NCBI GenBank assembly: GCA_963793425.1
Contig: CAWCAG010000007.1
Coordinates: 832,001-896,000 of the forward strand
Direction of reading: 5' to 3'
Length of the DNA: 64,000 nucleotides
Source of the DNA: an uncultured cyanobacterium
Lineage (GTDB): Bacteria; Cyanobacteriota; Cyanobacteriia; Cyanobacteriales; CAWCAG01
Positions 29,840 to 40,241 of the stretch are shown here, in pieces. Position numbers and translations under genes: made by a program. Each line of letters opens with the position of its first letter. Within the stretch, counting starts at the first letter, position 1. The notes below the pieces were generated by a model. The model was given only the letters and a program-made list of their open reading frames with translations, was not told where the DNA came from and ran no database searches.

Positions 29840-30031
29840 ATGAGCGATAAAAATGAGCAGGGCTTAGATTCCTCAGAGGACTCTGAGCTAAAAGGAATCA
29901 AGTCTGTTACCAAAGCTCTTACTGTAGGTTTAATGTGGTCATTCACTGGCTTATTGCCACCGAAAAAGTCTCAAAAGGAAGTTGAGTCTGAAGAACTAGG
30001 GGACGGGGAGACTGGGGGACTGGGGGACTAG
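29840..30031 (+). CDS. Small hypothetical protein
   Basis: 63-aa ATG ORF after an AT-rich promoter-like region; the 3' end runs into GGGGGACT repeats. Confidence 0.45.
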   Translation: MSDKNEQGLDSSEDSELKGIKSVTKALTVGLMWSFTGLLPPKKSQKEVESEELGDGETGGLGD

Positions 30032-30059
30032 GAGAAAACTATTAGCAATTAGCAACAAA

Positions 30060-31229
30060 TCAATAAACCCTACCTCGCCATTGGGTTGGTTTAGTATTCG
30101 CTGATAAGAAAATTCGCGCTACAGCTAAAGGATCTGCAAAAGGAGAAAGCCAGAAAAGCCAGGAAGAACCCTGATAAGAAGGTGCGATCGCCAACAATAA
30201 AGCAAAGCGAATTATCACTAAAAATAAATTTAATCCTATGGTAGCTATGAGGGAAGGAGAAGAATAGCCTAAGCATAAGCAGCTTAAAAGTACAACTAAC
30301 AAAGGTAATGGCAGACCTTGCACCATCAATAATAACCACAATTCTCCCCAGGTTTGGCTAACAGAAGCAGCGTCTTTAAGATCCAAAGATCGCCCCCATT
30401 CTTGCCAAGTCTCTTTTGCCCCTTCATACATACGCACCTTCAGGATTTTCTCCCCATCAAGGAACCCAACTTTAAATCCTTGTGACGCAATGTTACGGGC
30501 AAGGGTAACATCATCACAAAAAGAACTTTTTGCACTGCTATATCCTGCTAATTTTTCCAGTACAGAACGGCGACAGAAAAAACACTGTCCATTGGCCATA
30601 ACTTGTTCTGGTGCATTTGCTTGAACTCCTGCGGACTCAAAGCGATAGAGTAGGGTTATCAACAAAGCAGGTTGCAGCCACCATTCCCCTGGATATTTGA
30701 GGATAAATTGGGGAGATAAAGAAATGAGATCGTAGCTTTCTTTTTCAGCCACAGCAAGCAAACTAGCCACTAAGCCAAATTGGGGTTGAGTATCGGCATC
30801 AATGCCTAAAATCCATTCGCTTTGAGGAGAGCTAGCTAAGAAGCCGTTATGCAAAGCCCAAGGACGACCAATCCAGTTTTTAGGTAGGGGAGGATCGTTA
30901 ATGAGGCGAAAGCGAGGATCTTTAGTAGCTACATCTTTAACTAGTTCCTGGGTTTGATCTTGGGAGTTGCTATCAACAACAATTATTTCCCTCACTTCAT
31001 AACCTTGTTTGCCCAAACCTGCTAAACAAGGGCCAATTCTTGCAGCTTCGTTGAGGGTAGGAATCACCACACTAACTGTTCCCAAAAATTGTAGTTGTGT
31101 CTCTTTTGGTTTCAAGGGGGGATGACGCATCGCCCCTTTTAATATTCGCGAAACAAGAATTAGTGTCCCTGGCATAGTTAAGACAAACAACACCAGAGAC
31201 ACCGCAGCAATAATTTCTTTTGTTAACAA
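30060..31229 (-). CDS. cruG: Carotenoid 2'-O-glycosyltransferase (myxoxanthophyll synthesis)
   Basis: GT2 motifs (IPTLNEA, IDADT, ANGQC, FCDDV, RMYEG..WGRSLDL); directly downstream of cruF. Confidence 0.88.
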   Translation of the reverse strand: MLTKEIIAAVSLVLFVLTMPGTLILVSRILKGAMRHPPLKPKETQLQFLGTVSVVIPTLNEAARIGPCLAGLGKQGYEVREIIVVDSNSQDQTQELVKDVATKDPRFRLINDPPLPKNWIGRPWALHNGFLASSPQSEWILGIDADTQPQFGLVASLLAVAEKESYDLISLSPQFILKYPGEWWLQPALLITLLYRFESAGVQANAPEQVMANGQCFFCRRSVLEKLAGYSSAKSSFCDDVTLARNIASQGFKVGFLDGEKILKVRMYEGAKETWQEWGRSLDLKDAASVSQTWGELWLLLMVQGLPLPLLVVLLSCLCLGYSSPSLIATIGLNLFLVIIRFALLLAIAPSYQGSSWLFWLSPFADPLAVARIFLSANTKPTQWRGRVY

Positions 31230-31247
31230 ACTAACAAGCCAATATTC

Positions 31248-32162
31248 TTAAATACGACTTCCTACAACTGTCCTTACCGGAGTAGCTTCGCTAGTAACAA
31301 CAGGGTCATGGGGTTCATCTTTGGTGGAGATAGCCAGCCAATAGAATACCAGCATAGGAGTAACTCCTAATATTAAACCTAAAAGAACAGGTAGCCAAAT
31401 TCCTGCGGCTAAACTCATGATGGTAGAAAAGGCAAAGTTGCTTAAATAAACAGCTAAGGGCAATCCTAAATCTTGGTTTGGTAAACTTAAAGGCGCTTTT
31501 TTCCAGAGTAAGGTAGCTACAAACATAAATAAAGCACCGGTTCCTAACCAGCCAGCAAAGTTTTGGTAAGGCATACCGAAAAAGGCTCCCGGTTGTTCCC
31601 AAATCCAAAAAGGGACGGTGGTTTGGCTCATGGCTGGATCAAGAACAAAGTCCCAGGAAGTTAAGGTTAAAGCACCAAAAGCAATGGCAGTTAGATCCCG
31701 TAACCAATCAGGAATGGAACGAGTCGCTAAGCCACTGCGAGCAATTAAATAAGCAGCAAAACCTAAATAAAACCAAGATAGGGGTATGGTGAAGGGGACA
31801 AGGCCAGCAATTTTGTAGCCCAAACCGTTTAGGTAATGATAGTGTCCAAAGGGAAAGCCAGTGCTAGTTCCTAATAGTTCACTTCCTAAAGAAATAAATA
31901 TAGCCGGAATCATGAAACTGAGCCAATGCCAAACCCCAAGGGTACGGTAGGCATAAATTGAGATAGCAGCAGTACCCAAGAGCATATAAACAACTCCACC
32001 TCCTGCCATTGACCAGCTAAAGGCAGTTTTACCAAAATCTGGTAGGTTGAGGATAAAATTAGGATTAGGTAAGACGAGTAATAGTCCTGCTAAACCGAAG
32101 GCCATAGATAAAATATGAGCAATCAAAAAGGAACGTTCAGCAGTTATCGGTTGTTTGACCAA
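31248..32162 (-). CDS. cruF: Gamma-carotene 1'-hydroxylase / carotenoid hydratase
   Basis: SELLGTSTGFPFGHY, VPFTIPLSWF, WDFVLDPAM, GMPYQNFAGW. Confidence 0.9.
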   Translation of the reverse strand: MVKQPITAERSFLIAHILSMAFGLAGLLLVLPNPNFILNLPDFGKTAFSWSMAGGGVVYMLLGTAAISIYAYRTLGVWHWLSFMIPAIFISLGSELLGTSTGFPFGHYHYLNGLGYKIAGLVPFTIPLSWFYLGFAAYLIARSGLATRSIPDWLRDLTAIAFGALTLTSWDFVLDPAMSQTTVPFWIWEQPGAFFGMPYQNFAGWLGTGALFMFVATLLWKKAPLSLPNQDLGLPLAVYLSNFAFSTIMSLAAGIWLPVLLGLILGVTPMLVFYWLAISTKDEPHDPVVTSEATPVRTVVGSRI

Positions 32163-32411
32163 AGTTAAGACCTCAGCTAGGGGGTTTTACTAATTCCTTC
32201 TGTTAATAAGTAATTAAGGAACAGGTTTGTTAATAACAGTTTACAAAGGTTTGTTAACAAGAAATGCTTTTAAATCTAAATATTTTTGAATTTTTTGTGG
32301 TTAGCGGAGTATTCTCTGCTATCTCCAGTTGATTTCCTCACATTTATTCAGTGCTTTGCTTAACTTAACCCCTTTAGCGCTCAATTTTTAATTAACAAAT
32401 TACTAGATACC

Positions 32412-32942
32412 ATGTCCGCAACTTTCTATATCTCTCCCCTAATTAAAATTACTCTGCTTAGTCTTTATATCGCCTTGACTCTTCCTCTACCGTTTTTAGC
32501 CCAAGTCGTTGCTACACCAGTACCACCGACATTTTTGTGGGTAGGTATTATTTTAGGATTCATCGCTTTATTTGGTGCTGTAAGCGAACGAGTGATGTTA
32601 GATGAGTCACAAATAGCCGTTACCTATCCTCGCTGGTTTTCCTTCATTCGTAAAGGCTGGTCTTTATCTTGGTCAGAAATTGCCGATTTGAAAATGCGTA
32701 CCACAGGGCAAGGTGGGTTAGTTTATTATTTCGTGACAGAGACGAAGGAAAGGGCTTATTTATTGCCCATGCGAGTAGCTGGTTTTAGCCGTTTAGTTAA
32801 GCTTGTTCAAGACAAGACAGGAATTGACACTAAGGATATTCGACCTTTGTCTCAACCTTGGATGTACTTAATTTTACTAATTTGTACCCTATTTTTATTG
32901 CTGGTCGATGGTTGGACAATTGCTACAGCTTTAAGTGGTTGA
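32412..32942 (+). CDS. Conserved hypothetical membrane protein
   Basis: ISPLIKITLLSLYIALTLPLP, RTTGQGGLVYYF, LLPMRVAGF, RPLSQPWMY. Confidence 0.8.
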   Translation: MSATFYISPLIKITLLSLYIALTLPLPFLAQVVATPVPPTFLWVGIILGFIALFGAVSERVMLDESQIAVTYPRWFSFIRKGWSLSWSEIADLKMRTTGQGGLVYYFVTETKERAYLLPMRVAGFSRLVKLVQDKTGIDTKDIRPLSQPWMYLILLICTLFLLLVDGWTIATALSG

Positions 32943-33100
32943 ACTGCTCAAGCCCAAATTAATTGTCCATTGAAAAAAAACTTAACATAAACCTCGACCT
33001 CTCTTCTGGCCTACGAGATCCCCGTTTCTGATAGACTTTAACACTGAGTCCGTAGATGATAAAGCCAGAAAAATAAGCAGTTACGAGGAATAAAAAAACA

Positions 33101-34144
33101 GTGGAAAATACATTAGGTTTAGAAATCATTGAGGTTGTAGAAAAAGCAGCGATCGCCTCAGCCAAATGGATGGGGAAAGGCGAGAAGGATACTGCTGATG
33201 AAGTAGCAGTAGAAGCGATGCGAGAACGTATGAACCAAATTTATATGCGTGGTCGCATTGTGATTGGGGAAGGAGAACGGGACGATGCACCAATGCTTTA
33301 TATTGGTGAAGAAGTCGGTATTTGTACCAGAGAAGATGCCCACGATTACTGTAACCCTGACGAATTAGTAGAAATTGACATTGCCGTTGATCCTTGCGAA
33401 GGCACTAACTTAGTTGCCTATGGGCAAAATGGTTCTATGGCAGTATTAGCAATTTCGGAAAAAGGTGGTTTGTTTGCTGCACCAGATTTTTATATGAAGA
33501 AGTTGGCAGCACCACCAGCCGCGAAAAATCATGTTGATATTAACAAATCTGCTACAGAAAATTTACAAATTCTGGCTGATTGTTTAAATCGTTCCATTGA
33601 GGAATTGGTGGTTGTGGTTATGAAGCGAGAACGCCATAATGACCTCATCAAGGAAATAAGAGAAGCAGGTGCAAGAGTCAGACTAATTAGTGATGGAGAT
33701 GTTTCTGCCGCTATTTCCTGTGCTTTTTCCGGAACTAATATTCATGCTTTAATGGGTATCGGTGCTGCACCAGAAGGAGTTATTTCTGCTGCCGCCATGC
33801 GTTGTTTAGGAGGTCACTTCCAAGGGCAACTTATTTATGACCCTGCCGTTGTCAAAACAGGCTTAATTGGGGAAAGCAAAGAAAGTAACCTAGACCGTTT
33901 AAAAGAAATGGGTATAAACGATGCTGACAAGGTTTACAATGCCGAAGAATTAGCGAAAGGAGAAAACGTACTCTTTGCTGCTTGCGGCATCACTCCAGGG
34001 ACTTTAATGGAAGGAGTACGCTTCTTTCAGGGCGGGGCCAGAACCCAAAGTTTAGTTATTTCTAGCCAATCTAGCACTGCTCGTTTTGTAGATACAATTC
34101 ATATGTTTAAAGGTTCTAAGCCTACTTCTTTACAGTTGAAGTAG
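33101..34144 (+). CDS. glpX: Class II fructose-1,6-/sedoheptulose-1,7-bisphosphatase
   Basis: [45 protein letters not shown] start. Confidence 0.96.
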   Translation: MENTLGLEIIEVVEKAAIASAKWMGKGEKDTADEVAVEAMRERMNQIYMRGRIVIGEGERDDAPMLYIGEEVGICTREDAHDYCNPDELVEIDIAVDPCEGTNLVAYGQNGSMAVLAISEKGGLFAAPDFYMKKLAAPPAAKNHVDINKSATENLQILADCLNRSIEELVVVVMKRERHNDLIKEIREAGARVRLISDGDVSAAISCAFSGTNIHALMGIGAAPEGVISAAAMRCLGGHFQGQLIYDPAVVKTGLIGESKESNLDRLKEMGINDADKVYNAEELAKGENVLFAACGITPGTLMEGVRFFQGGARTQSLVISSQSSTARFVDTIHMFKGSKPTSLQLK

Positions 34145-34149
34145 TTAAA

Positions 34150-34352
34150 CAGGGAGTAGGGAGTAGGGAGCAGGGAGTAGGGCTAGAATAATAAGTAAAA
34201 AGACTATTACCTTTAGCCTACGGCAACCGTAAGCGCGTTTTCTTTTTCTTTCAGAAACGCTAACGCGAACGTGTAAGCGTCTCTGCCCTTGAAACACCCT
34301 ATTGCCTGTTCCCCCATTAGCAATTAGCAATTAGCCACTAGCCATTAGCAAT
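34150..34352. repeat. Composite intergenic repeat: (AGGGAGT)n, small palindromic elements and (TAGCAAT/TAGCCAy)n
   Basis: agggagtagggagtagggagcagggagtaggg; tagcctacggcaaccg; acgctaacgcgaacg; attagcaattagcaattagccactagccattagcaat. Confidence 0.8.
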
Positions 34353-34374
34353 CTTTTAAAAAATAGTATTTGAT

Positions 34375-35667
34375 ATGAGTATTGTCGTTGTTGGTTTAAG
34401 CCATAAAACTGCCCCGGTAGAAGTTCGTGAAAAACTGAGTATTCCCGAAGCGAAAATTGAAGGGGCGATCGCCGATTTATTAAATTATCCCAATATTGAA
34501 GAAGTTGCGATTATTAGTACTTGCAATCGCTTAGAAATTTATGTGATTGCTAAAGAAACAGAACAAGGAGTACAAGAAGTTAATCTCTTTCTTTCTGAAG
34601 TTGCCCAACTCCCTTTAAGACAGTTACGACGACATTTGTTTACCCTCCTTCACCATGATGCGGTTATGCACTTAATGCGAGTTGCAGCAGGGTTAGAAAG
34701 TTTGGTATTGGGGGAAGGGCAAATTTTAGCCCAAGTTAAAACAGCCCATAAACAAGGGCAAAAATATCAGGGTTTAGGAAGATTATTAGATAAATTATTT
34801 AAACAAGCTATTAGTGCCGGGAAGCGGGTACGCAGCGAAACAAATATTGGTACGGGGGCTGTATCTATTAGTTCTGCGGCGGTAGAATTAGCTTTAATTA
34901 AGCTTCAGAGTTTTTCTAACTGTAGGGTAGCTATTATTGGGGCAGGAAAGATGTCCCGGTTGTTGGTTAAACATCTCCTTGCTAAAGGTGCAACGGAAAT
35001 TTGCATCGCTAACCGTTCTCAAAAACGGGCCCAGGAATTAGCCAATAAATTCCCTGAAGCGACTTTGCAGATTTGTGGTTTACCGGAAATGATGGGGGCG
35101 ATCGCCACAGCCGATCTTGTCTTTACCAGTACTGCTGCTACGGAGCCAATTCTGAATCGAGCTAAATTAGAACCAGTGATTGAAGCAACTCGTTCTTTGA
35201 TGCTATGTGATATTTCTGTACCTTTAAATGTCCATGGCGATGTTAAAGAACTTACCCACATTCAATCTTACAACGTAGATGACCTCAAAGCTGTAGTAGC
35301 CCAAAATAAAGAAAGCCGCCGCCAAATGGCATTAGAAGCGGAGGTATTATTAGAGGAAGAAGTCGGAAATTATGAATTATGGTTGCGTTCTTTAGAAACC
35401 GTTCCTACCATTAGTTCTTTACGGCGCAAAGTAGAAACTATTCGTACCCAAGAATTAGAAAAAGCTCTTTCTCGCCTTGGTACAGAGTTTGGGGACAAAC
35501 ATCAGGATGTTATTGAAGCTTTAACCAGAGGCATTGTCAACAAAATACTCCATGAACCAATGGTACAACTAAGAGCGCAACAGGATATAGAAGCCCGCCG
35601 TGTTGCCCTACAATCGTTGCAATTGTTGTTTGATTTGGATACAGAAAAGCAGTTTAGTCAAAGTTAA
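34375..35667 (+). CDS. hemA: Glutamyl-tRNA reductase
   Basis: [13 protein letters not shown], catalytic [21 protein letters not shown]. Confidence 0.96.
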   Translation: MSIVVVGLSHKTAPVEVREKLSIPEAKIEGAIADLLNYPNIEEVAIISTCNRLEIYVIAKETEQGVQEVNLFLSEVAQLPLRQLRRHLFTLLHHDAVMHLMRVAAGLESLVLGEGQILAQVKTAHKQGQKYQGLGRLLDKLFKQAISAGKRVRSETNIGTGAVSISSAAVELALIKLQSFSNCRVAIIGAGKMSRLLVKHLLAKGATEICIANRSQKRAQELANKFPEATLQICGLPEMMGAIATADLVFTSTAATEPILNRAKLEPVIEATRSLMLCDISVPLNVHGDVKELTHIQSYNVDDLKAVVAQNKESRRQMALEAEVLLEEEVGNYELWLRSLETVPTISSLRRKVETIRTQELEKALSRLGTEFGDKHQDVIEALTRGIVNKILHEPMVQLRAQQDIEARRVALQSLQLLFDLDTEKQFSQS

Positions 35668-35678
35668 TCCTCTGTTTT

Positions 35679-35739
35679 CCTCAATCTCTTTACTAATGCC
35701 TCTCAATTCCTACTTTTTCAAGGAGATTGAGGGGTTTTC
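35679..35739 (+). terminator. Possible terminator hairpin after hemA
   Basis: CCTCAATCTCTTT (35679-35691) can pair with AAGGAGATTGAGG (35720-35732), followed by GGTTTT. Confidence 0.4.
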
Positions 35740-35838
35740 ACTAGTCTTTTCTCATTCCATATCTAAAGAAATTTGTCAATCAGTAACTAGAAGAAAATAT
35801 TCAGGTATTATTGGTAGTAATCAGCTTGACTACTGAGT

Positions 35839-38800
35839 ATGAAAGCCCATACTAATCGTCCGAAAAAGTCCTCTTCTGCTCCTGTCCAAAAGAAATCACA
35901 GCCCCCTGTTGCTACTCCCCCGGTAGTAACAGAAAGGACGACTGAACAGATACAACAGCTTAAAAATATCCCCCCAGAGCCGCCTCCCATAACCCTAGAC
36001 GACTCTTTCGTTCAAACAGGTGGCCATAAGGTAGAAACCATAGTAGAAGAAGAAGAGCGCTTACAAAGAGATTCTACTTTATCAGCAGAAGATAGAGCAG
36101 CATTTACCAATAGAGTACGGAGTTCAATATTAGTAGGGCAGGGAGAAAGTATGGGAATGGAGAGTTCCTATGCCCTTAACCCTGGGCAGAAACCCTTAAT
36201 TCAAGCCCAAGCCATCAACCTTGACACTGTAGCGGGAACAGAAGAACGTAGACAAAACAGTCCTTTTGGGCAACAAATTCATAATTCCCTAATTGCCAGT
36301 CATCAACAGCAGATGAAGCAAGAGTGGCAAACTGCCCCTAACTCCTTTGAGCAACCTTTAGGGCAGAATCTTCAACGGCAACAGGATAGTACGGAAAGCC
36401 AGGAGCAGCCAGCAGAAGCAAAAGAAGAACTTCAGCCAAAATCAATAGTTCAGGAGCCTCGTAAGGAAAACAAATCATCGGCACAGGGAAATAAGATTGC
36501 TATTGAAACTCCTGAACAAGAGATTAAACCCAAAGCAATTAATCAATTAGAAAGCCAGCCTCAAAAAGCACCAAATTCAGAATCAATTGGAGTCCAAGAA
36601 CAAACAAAATCTCAAGGAGAAGCCCGCAATCAAGCAGAAAAACCAGAGAGTGCAGCAACCTCTGATGCAGGCTTTGTGCAACAAGGTGCTTCTGGAGGAA
36701 CTTCTCCTACTTCTGCGGGGGAAGATGCTGGTTTTCAAGGCTTGGTGGGTGATGTCAAAGGGGTAGCAGCCCAAGAAAAACAGCATGAACCAGCGACAGC
36801 AGAAGCCAAAGAAGCTCAAGGTGCTGCTCAATCCCCTAACAATGAAGTAGAAAGTAAAGCTCAAGACTCCCAAGTTGAGCAAATGGAACAGCAGCAGCCA
36901 GGGACTTTCAGTGCAAACGCTTTCAAAGCTGCCCTCTTGGCGAAAATTGATGCTATCATTCCTGATAACGAACAAGATGCAGAAAACTTTGGTCAAAGTA
37001 ACGAATTGGATTCTGTGCGGCAAGATGTTTCTTCTCAGGTGAGTGAAGAAGAAGAAAATGCTGCTGGGCCGATTAAAGAAACCACCGCAGCCCCACCAGA
37101 TACAAGCGGCATTGAACCAAAAACTTCCCAACCTTTACAATCTCCCCCAGCAGGTACACAACCTCAAGGTGTTGATGCCACCAAAGCAGTACCGAAACCA
37201 AAGTCTGAAGCAGAAGTAGCTGCCCCTTTAAATGCCAACTCACAAGAAATAGACCAGGAGATGGCTAATGTTAATATCACCGATGAGCAGCTTGCCAAAT
37301 CCAACGAACCCCAGTTTACAGCAGCACTGGATGCGAAGAATGAACTCAAGACTAATACGCAAGAAGCCCCAGCAGCATATCGCCAGCAAGAGCAGGAAAC
37401 CCTAAATCAGTCCCAAACAGAAGCCCAAACTACCAGCCAAACTCAGCTAGCAGGAATGCACGGAGAGCGTGGACAACTTCTAGGGCAGGTGTTGGGGCAG
37501 CAACAGGCAGTTAAAAGTCAAGATGAGCAGAAACGCTCTGAGGTGGCTACCCATATCAATGGTATTTATACAACCACAAAAACCGATGTTGAGAATATCC
37601 TTAGTGGTATAGATACAGAAGTGACGAGCAAGTTTGACACTGCTGCTGGTGCTGCCAAGGGTAAGTTTGAAAGCCATGTCAAAGAAAAAATGGCAGCTTG
37701 GAAGAAGGAACGTTATGGAGAATGGTACGATGTCACGGGTTGGGATGAGCGCATTAGTGATGCAGTAGTAGGTTTGCCACCGGAGGTAAATCAATTCTTC
37801 GTCGAAGGTAAGCAGCTTTATATCGACGAGATGGATGTGGCTTTGACGGATATTGCCAACTTTGTGGCTCAGAAGCTCAATGAAGCCAAGCAAAGGATTA
37901 GTGAAGGCAAAAACCAAATCAAAGAGTATGTTGCCACTTTGCCTCAATCTTTGCAACAGGTTGGACAACAAGCGGCACAGGATATTCAAAGTCAGTTTGA
38001 GCAGTTAGAACAAAGCGTTGATAGTAAGCAAGATGAGTTGATTGATTCTTTGGCTCAGCGCTACAGTGATAGTATCCAGCAAGTGAATAGCTGCATTCAA
38101 GAAATGCAAGAAGCTAATCGTGGTCTAAAAGATAAAGTTAAAGACGGTATTTTAGGTGTAGCTCAGACTATCGCACAACTCAAAGATATGTTGATGGGGG
38201 TGTTGGGCAAAGCAGCAGGAGCTATTGGCAAAATTATTCTTGATCCCATCAGTTTCCTGGGTAACTTGATCAGTGGTGTTAGCCAGGGCTTCAATAACTT
38301 TACGGGAAATATTACAACCCACTTGCAATCAGGTTTGATTGGTTGGCTTACAGGTGCATTAGGGCCAATGGGTATCACTTTACCTGAAGATATCTTTAGT
38401 TTACCGGGTATCTTCTCCCTTGCTACCCAAGTCCTCGGTTTAACCTGGAACTACATCCGTCGCAAAGCAGTGAAGATGTTCACTGAACCTATAGTAGCAG
38501 GAATGGAGAAGAGTGCAGAAGTGTTCCAAATGCTACGAGATGAAGGGCCAATGGGCTTGTGGGAGAATGTTAAGGAGCAGTTTGGTGACCTTAAAGAGAC
38601 GATCATTGAGCAAATTAAGGGTATGGTGATTACCCAGGTGATTACTGCTGGGGTGAAATGGGTTCTGAGTTTGTTGAATCCCGCTTCAGCTTTTGTGAAA
38701 GCAGCGATGGCAATTTATGACATCATTATGTTTTTCGTCAACCAAGGTTCTCAGGTGATGGCTTTGGTGCAGGCGGTGATTGATGGTGTGAGTGCGGTTG

Positions 38801-39606
38801 CTTCTGGGGCTGTGGGGGCGATGGCCAAGGGTATTGAGAATGCTTTGGTGAGGTCTTTGCCTGTGGTGATTGGTTTCTTGGCTTCTTTGTTAGGTATTGG
38901 TGGGTTGGTGAAGAAGGTTCAGAAGATTATTGGTAAGATTAGGGCGCGGATTGATAAGGCGATTGATAAGGTTTTGAGGAAGGCTAAGAAGGGGTTTAAG
39001 GGAAAGGGTAAGAATAATAAGGATAAAGATAAACCCAATAAAGACAAAGCAGTCGAAACTGGACTTAAGGGTTTACATCTTGAAGAGAAAAAATATCTTA
39101 AAGATAATAAAATTACTAAAGCTGATGCTAAAAAAGCAGCTAATATCACCAAAACTCAACACCCTATTTTCAAATCTATTACTGTTGTCGATGGAGGTAA
39201 AGATTGGGACTACGATTACACCATTCAAAGAACTGAGGATGGGGCAGAAAAAGCAGAAGGATCTAGAAAACATCCGAATCAAACCTGCGAAGATGAAGTA
39301 TTGGAGAGACTTCAAGCTGAAAAAGATGCGATTTGTGGCTCTATACCCAAGTTTCCTAATTGTAAATTGGCTTTGGATAAACTAAAAGCTGGGAAGAAAC
39401 TTAAAGGAAGTGTGAAGGGTGTAACAAGAAAAGATGTTGAAAACCGAATGAATAAAATACAAGAATGTATTGATAAAAGATGGGAAATACAAAACAAATG
39501 CTTTGGTGGAAAGCCAGATAAAGCGCATGAAGATGCTATTCAAGAGCTAGAGAATGGCTTAAGAAACTGCCAAGAATTATTAGATCATCCTGATTTGCCA
39601 ACTTGA
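35839..39606 (+). CDS. Polymorphic toxin, contractile-injection-system (eCIS) effector-like body with a C-terminal Ntox16-like Cys-rich toxin domain
   Basis: Disordered Q/E/P-rich N-terminus with LIQAQ and LQRQ motifs, long coiled coil, hydrophobic helical region, Lys-rich linker, VVDGGKDWDYDY junction, then TC..LERLQAEKDAIC..C..ECIDKRWEIQNKCFGGKPDKAH..NC. Confidence 0.75.
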   Translation: MKAHTNRPKKSSSAPVQKKSQPPVATPPVVTERTTEQIQQLKNIPPEPPPITLDDSFVQTGGHKVETIVEEEERLQRDSTLSAEDRAAFTNRVRSSILVGQGESMGMESSYALNPGQKPLIQAQAINLDTVAGTEERRQNSPFGQQIHNSLIASHQQQMKQEWQTAPNSFEQPLGQNLQRQQDSTESQEQPAEAKEELQPKSIVQEPRKENKSSAQGNKIAIETPEQEIKPKAINQLESQPQKAPNSESIGVQEQTKSQGEARNQAEKPESAATSDAGFVQQGASGGTSPTSAGEDAGFQGLVGDVKGVAAQEKQHEPATAEAKEAQGAAQSPNNEVESKAQDSQVEQMEQQQPGTFSANAFKAALLAKIDAIIPDNEQDAENFGQSNELDSVRQDVSSQVSEEEENAAGPIKETTAAPPDTSGIEPKTSQPLQSPPAGTQPQGVDATKAVPKPKSEAEVAAPLNANSQEIDQEMANVNITDEQLAKSNEPQFTAALDAKNELKTNTQEAPAAYRQQEQETLNQSQTEAQTTSQTQLAGMHGERGQLLGQVLGQQQAVKSQDEQKRSEVATHINGIYTTTKTDVENILSGIDTEVTSKFDTAAGAAKGKFESHVKEKMAAWKKERYGEWYDVTGWDERISDAVVGLPPEVNQFFVEGKQLYIDEMDVALTDIANFVAQKLNEAKQRISEGKNQIKEYVATLPQSLQQVGQQAAQDIQSQFEQLEQSVDSKQDELIDSLAQRYSDSIQQVNSCIQEMQEANRGLKDKVKDGILGVAQTIAQLKDMLMGVLGKAAGAIGKIILDPISFLGNLISGVSQGFNNFTGNITTHLQSGLIGWLTGALGPMGITLPEDIFSLPGIFSLATQVLGLTWNYIRRKAVKMFTEPIVAGMEKSAEVFQMLRDEGPMGLWENVKEQFGDLKETIIEQIKGMVITQVITAGVKWVLSLLNPASAFVKAAMAIYDIIMFFVNQGSQVMALVQAVIDGVSAVASGAVGAMAKGIENALVRSLPVVIGFLASLLGIGGLVKKVQKIIGKIRARIDKAIDKVLRKAKKGFKGKGKNNKDKDKPNKDKAVETGLKGLHLEEKKYLKDNKITKADAKKAANITKTQHPIFKSITVVDGGKDWDYDYTIQRTEDGAEKAEGSRKHPNQTCEDEVLERLQAEKDAICGSIPKFPNCKLALDKLKAGKKLKGSVKGVTRKDVENRMNKIQECIDKRWEIQNKCFGGKPDKAHEDAIQELENGLRNCQELLDHPDLPT

Positions 39607-39619
39607 AACTCCTGTTAAA

Positions 39620-40231
39620 ATGAACAATAAAGATATTTTTGAAATAATTCGAGAACATAATGAAAGTTATCTTTTAAAGATGATTGAACAAGGTATCGAG
39701 ATAAATTCTCATATGCCCAATCCTCCTTTCTGGACTCCTTTACAAGAAGCTATAGATGAAATGGATGATGGAGGAAAAATAGAAATGGTGCAATTATTAA
39801 TTCAGGCTGGAGCTGATGTAAATGCTTGGAATCTAGACCACGATTCTAATCCTTTGCTCATGGCTATGTGGAGCGGCCATGAGGATATAGTAAGTTTACT
39901 ACTCAAGGCAGGAGCTAATCCTAATATTAAAGACAATGAAGGTAATTCTCCTCTTAGATTGAGTGTAGAGGAAGAAAACATAGAAATGGTGAAACTACTC
40001 CTTAGTCATGGAGCGAAAGAAACCATAGATGAAACTGGTGGATTCGGTGGCATGAATGCACTAGGAATTGCGGTAAATAAGCTTAATATTCCTATAATTA
40101 AAATACTTCTTGCTGAAGATGCTGATCCAGAAGCAACTGATAACGATTATCGAAAACCAATAGAAAGACTTCCCAAAAATGTAGATAGTAGTAAAAAAGA
40201 AGAAATTGAGAATTTACTAGCAAGTTATTGA
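39620..40231 (+). CDS. Ankyrin repeat protein, putative cognate immunity protein
   Basis: About 4-5 ankyrin repeats (WTPLQEAI, LLIQAGADVNA, GNSPLRLSV); starts 13 bp after the toxin stop. Confidence 0.85.
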   Translation: MNNKDIFEIIREHNESYLLKMIEQGIEINSHMPNPPFWTPLQEAIDEMDDGGKIEMVQLLIQAGADVNAWNLDHDSNPLLMAMWSGHEDIVSLLLKAGANPNIKDNEGNSPLRLSVEEENIEMVKLLLSHGAKETIDETGGFGGMNALGIAVNKLNIPIIKILLAEDADPEATDNDYRKPIERLPKNVDSSKKEEIENLLASY

Positions 40232-40241
40232 AGGCAGTTAT

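Noticed and set aside
32333..32345. Second Yfr1-like match TTCCTCACAT upstream of cruF
   Set aside because: Short, imperfect and about 170 nt from the start codon
36583..39497. Several minus-strand and alternate-frame ORFs inside the toxin gene
   Set aside because: Shadow ORFs with no recognisable motifs
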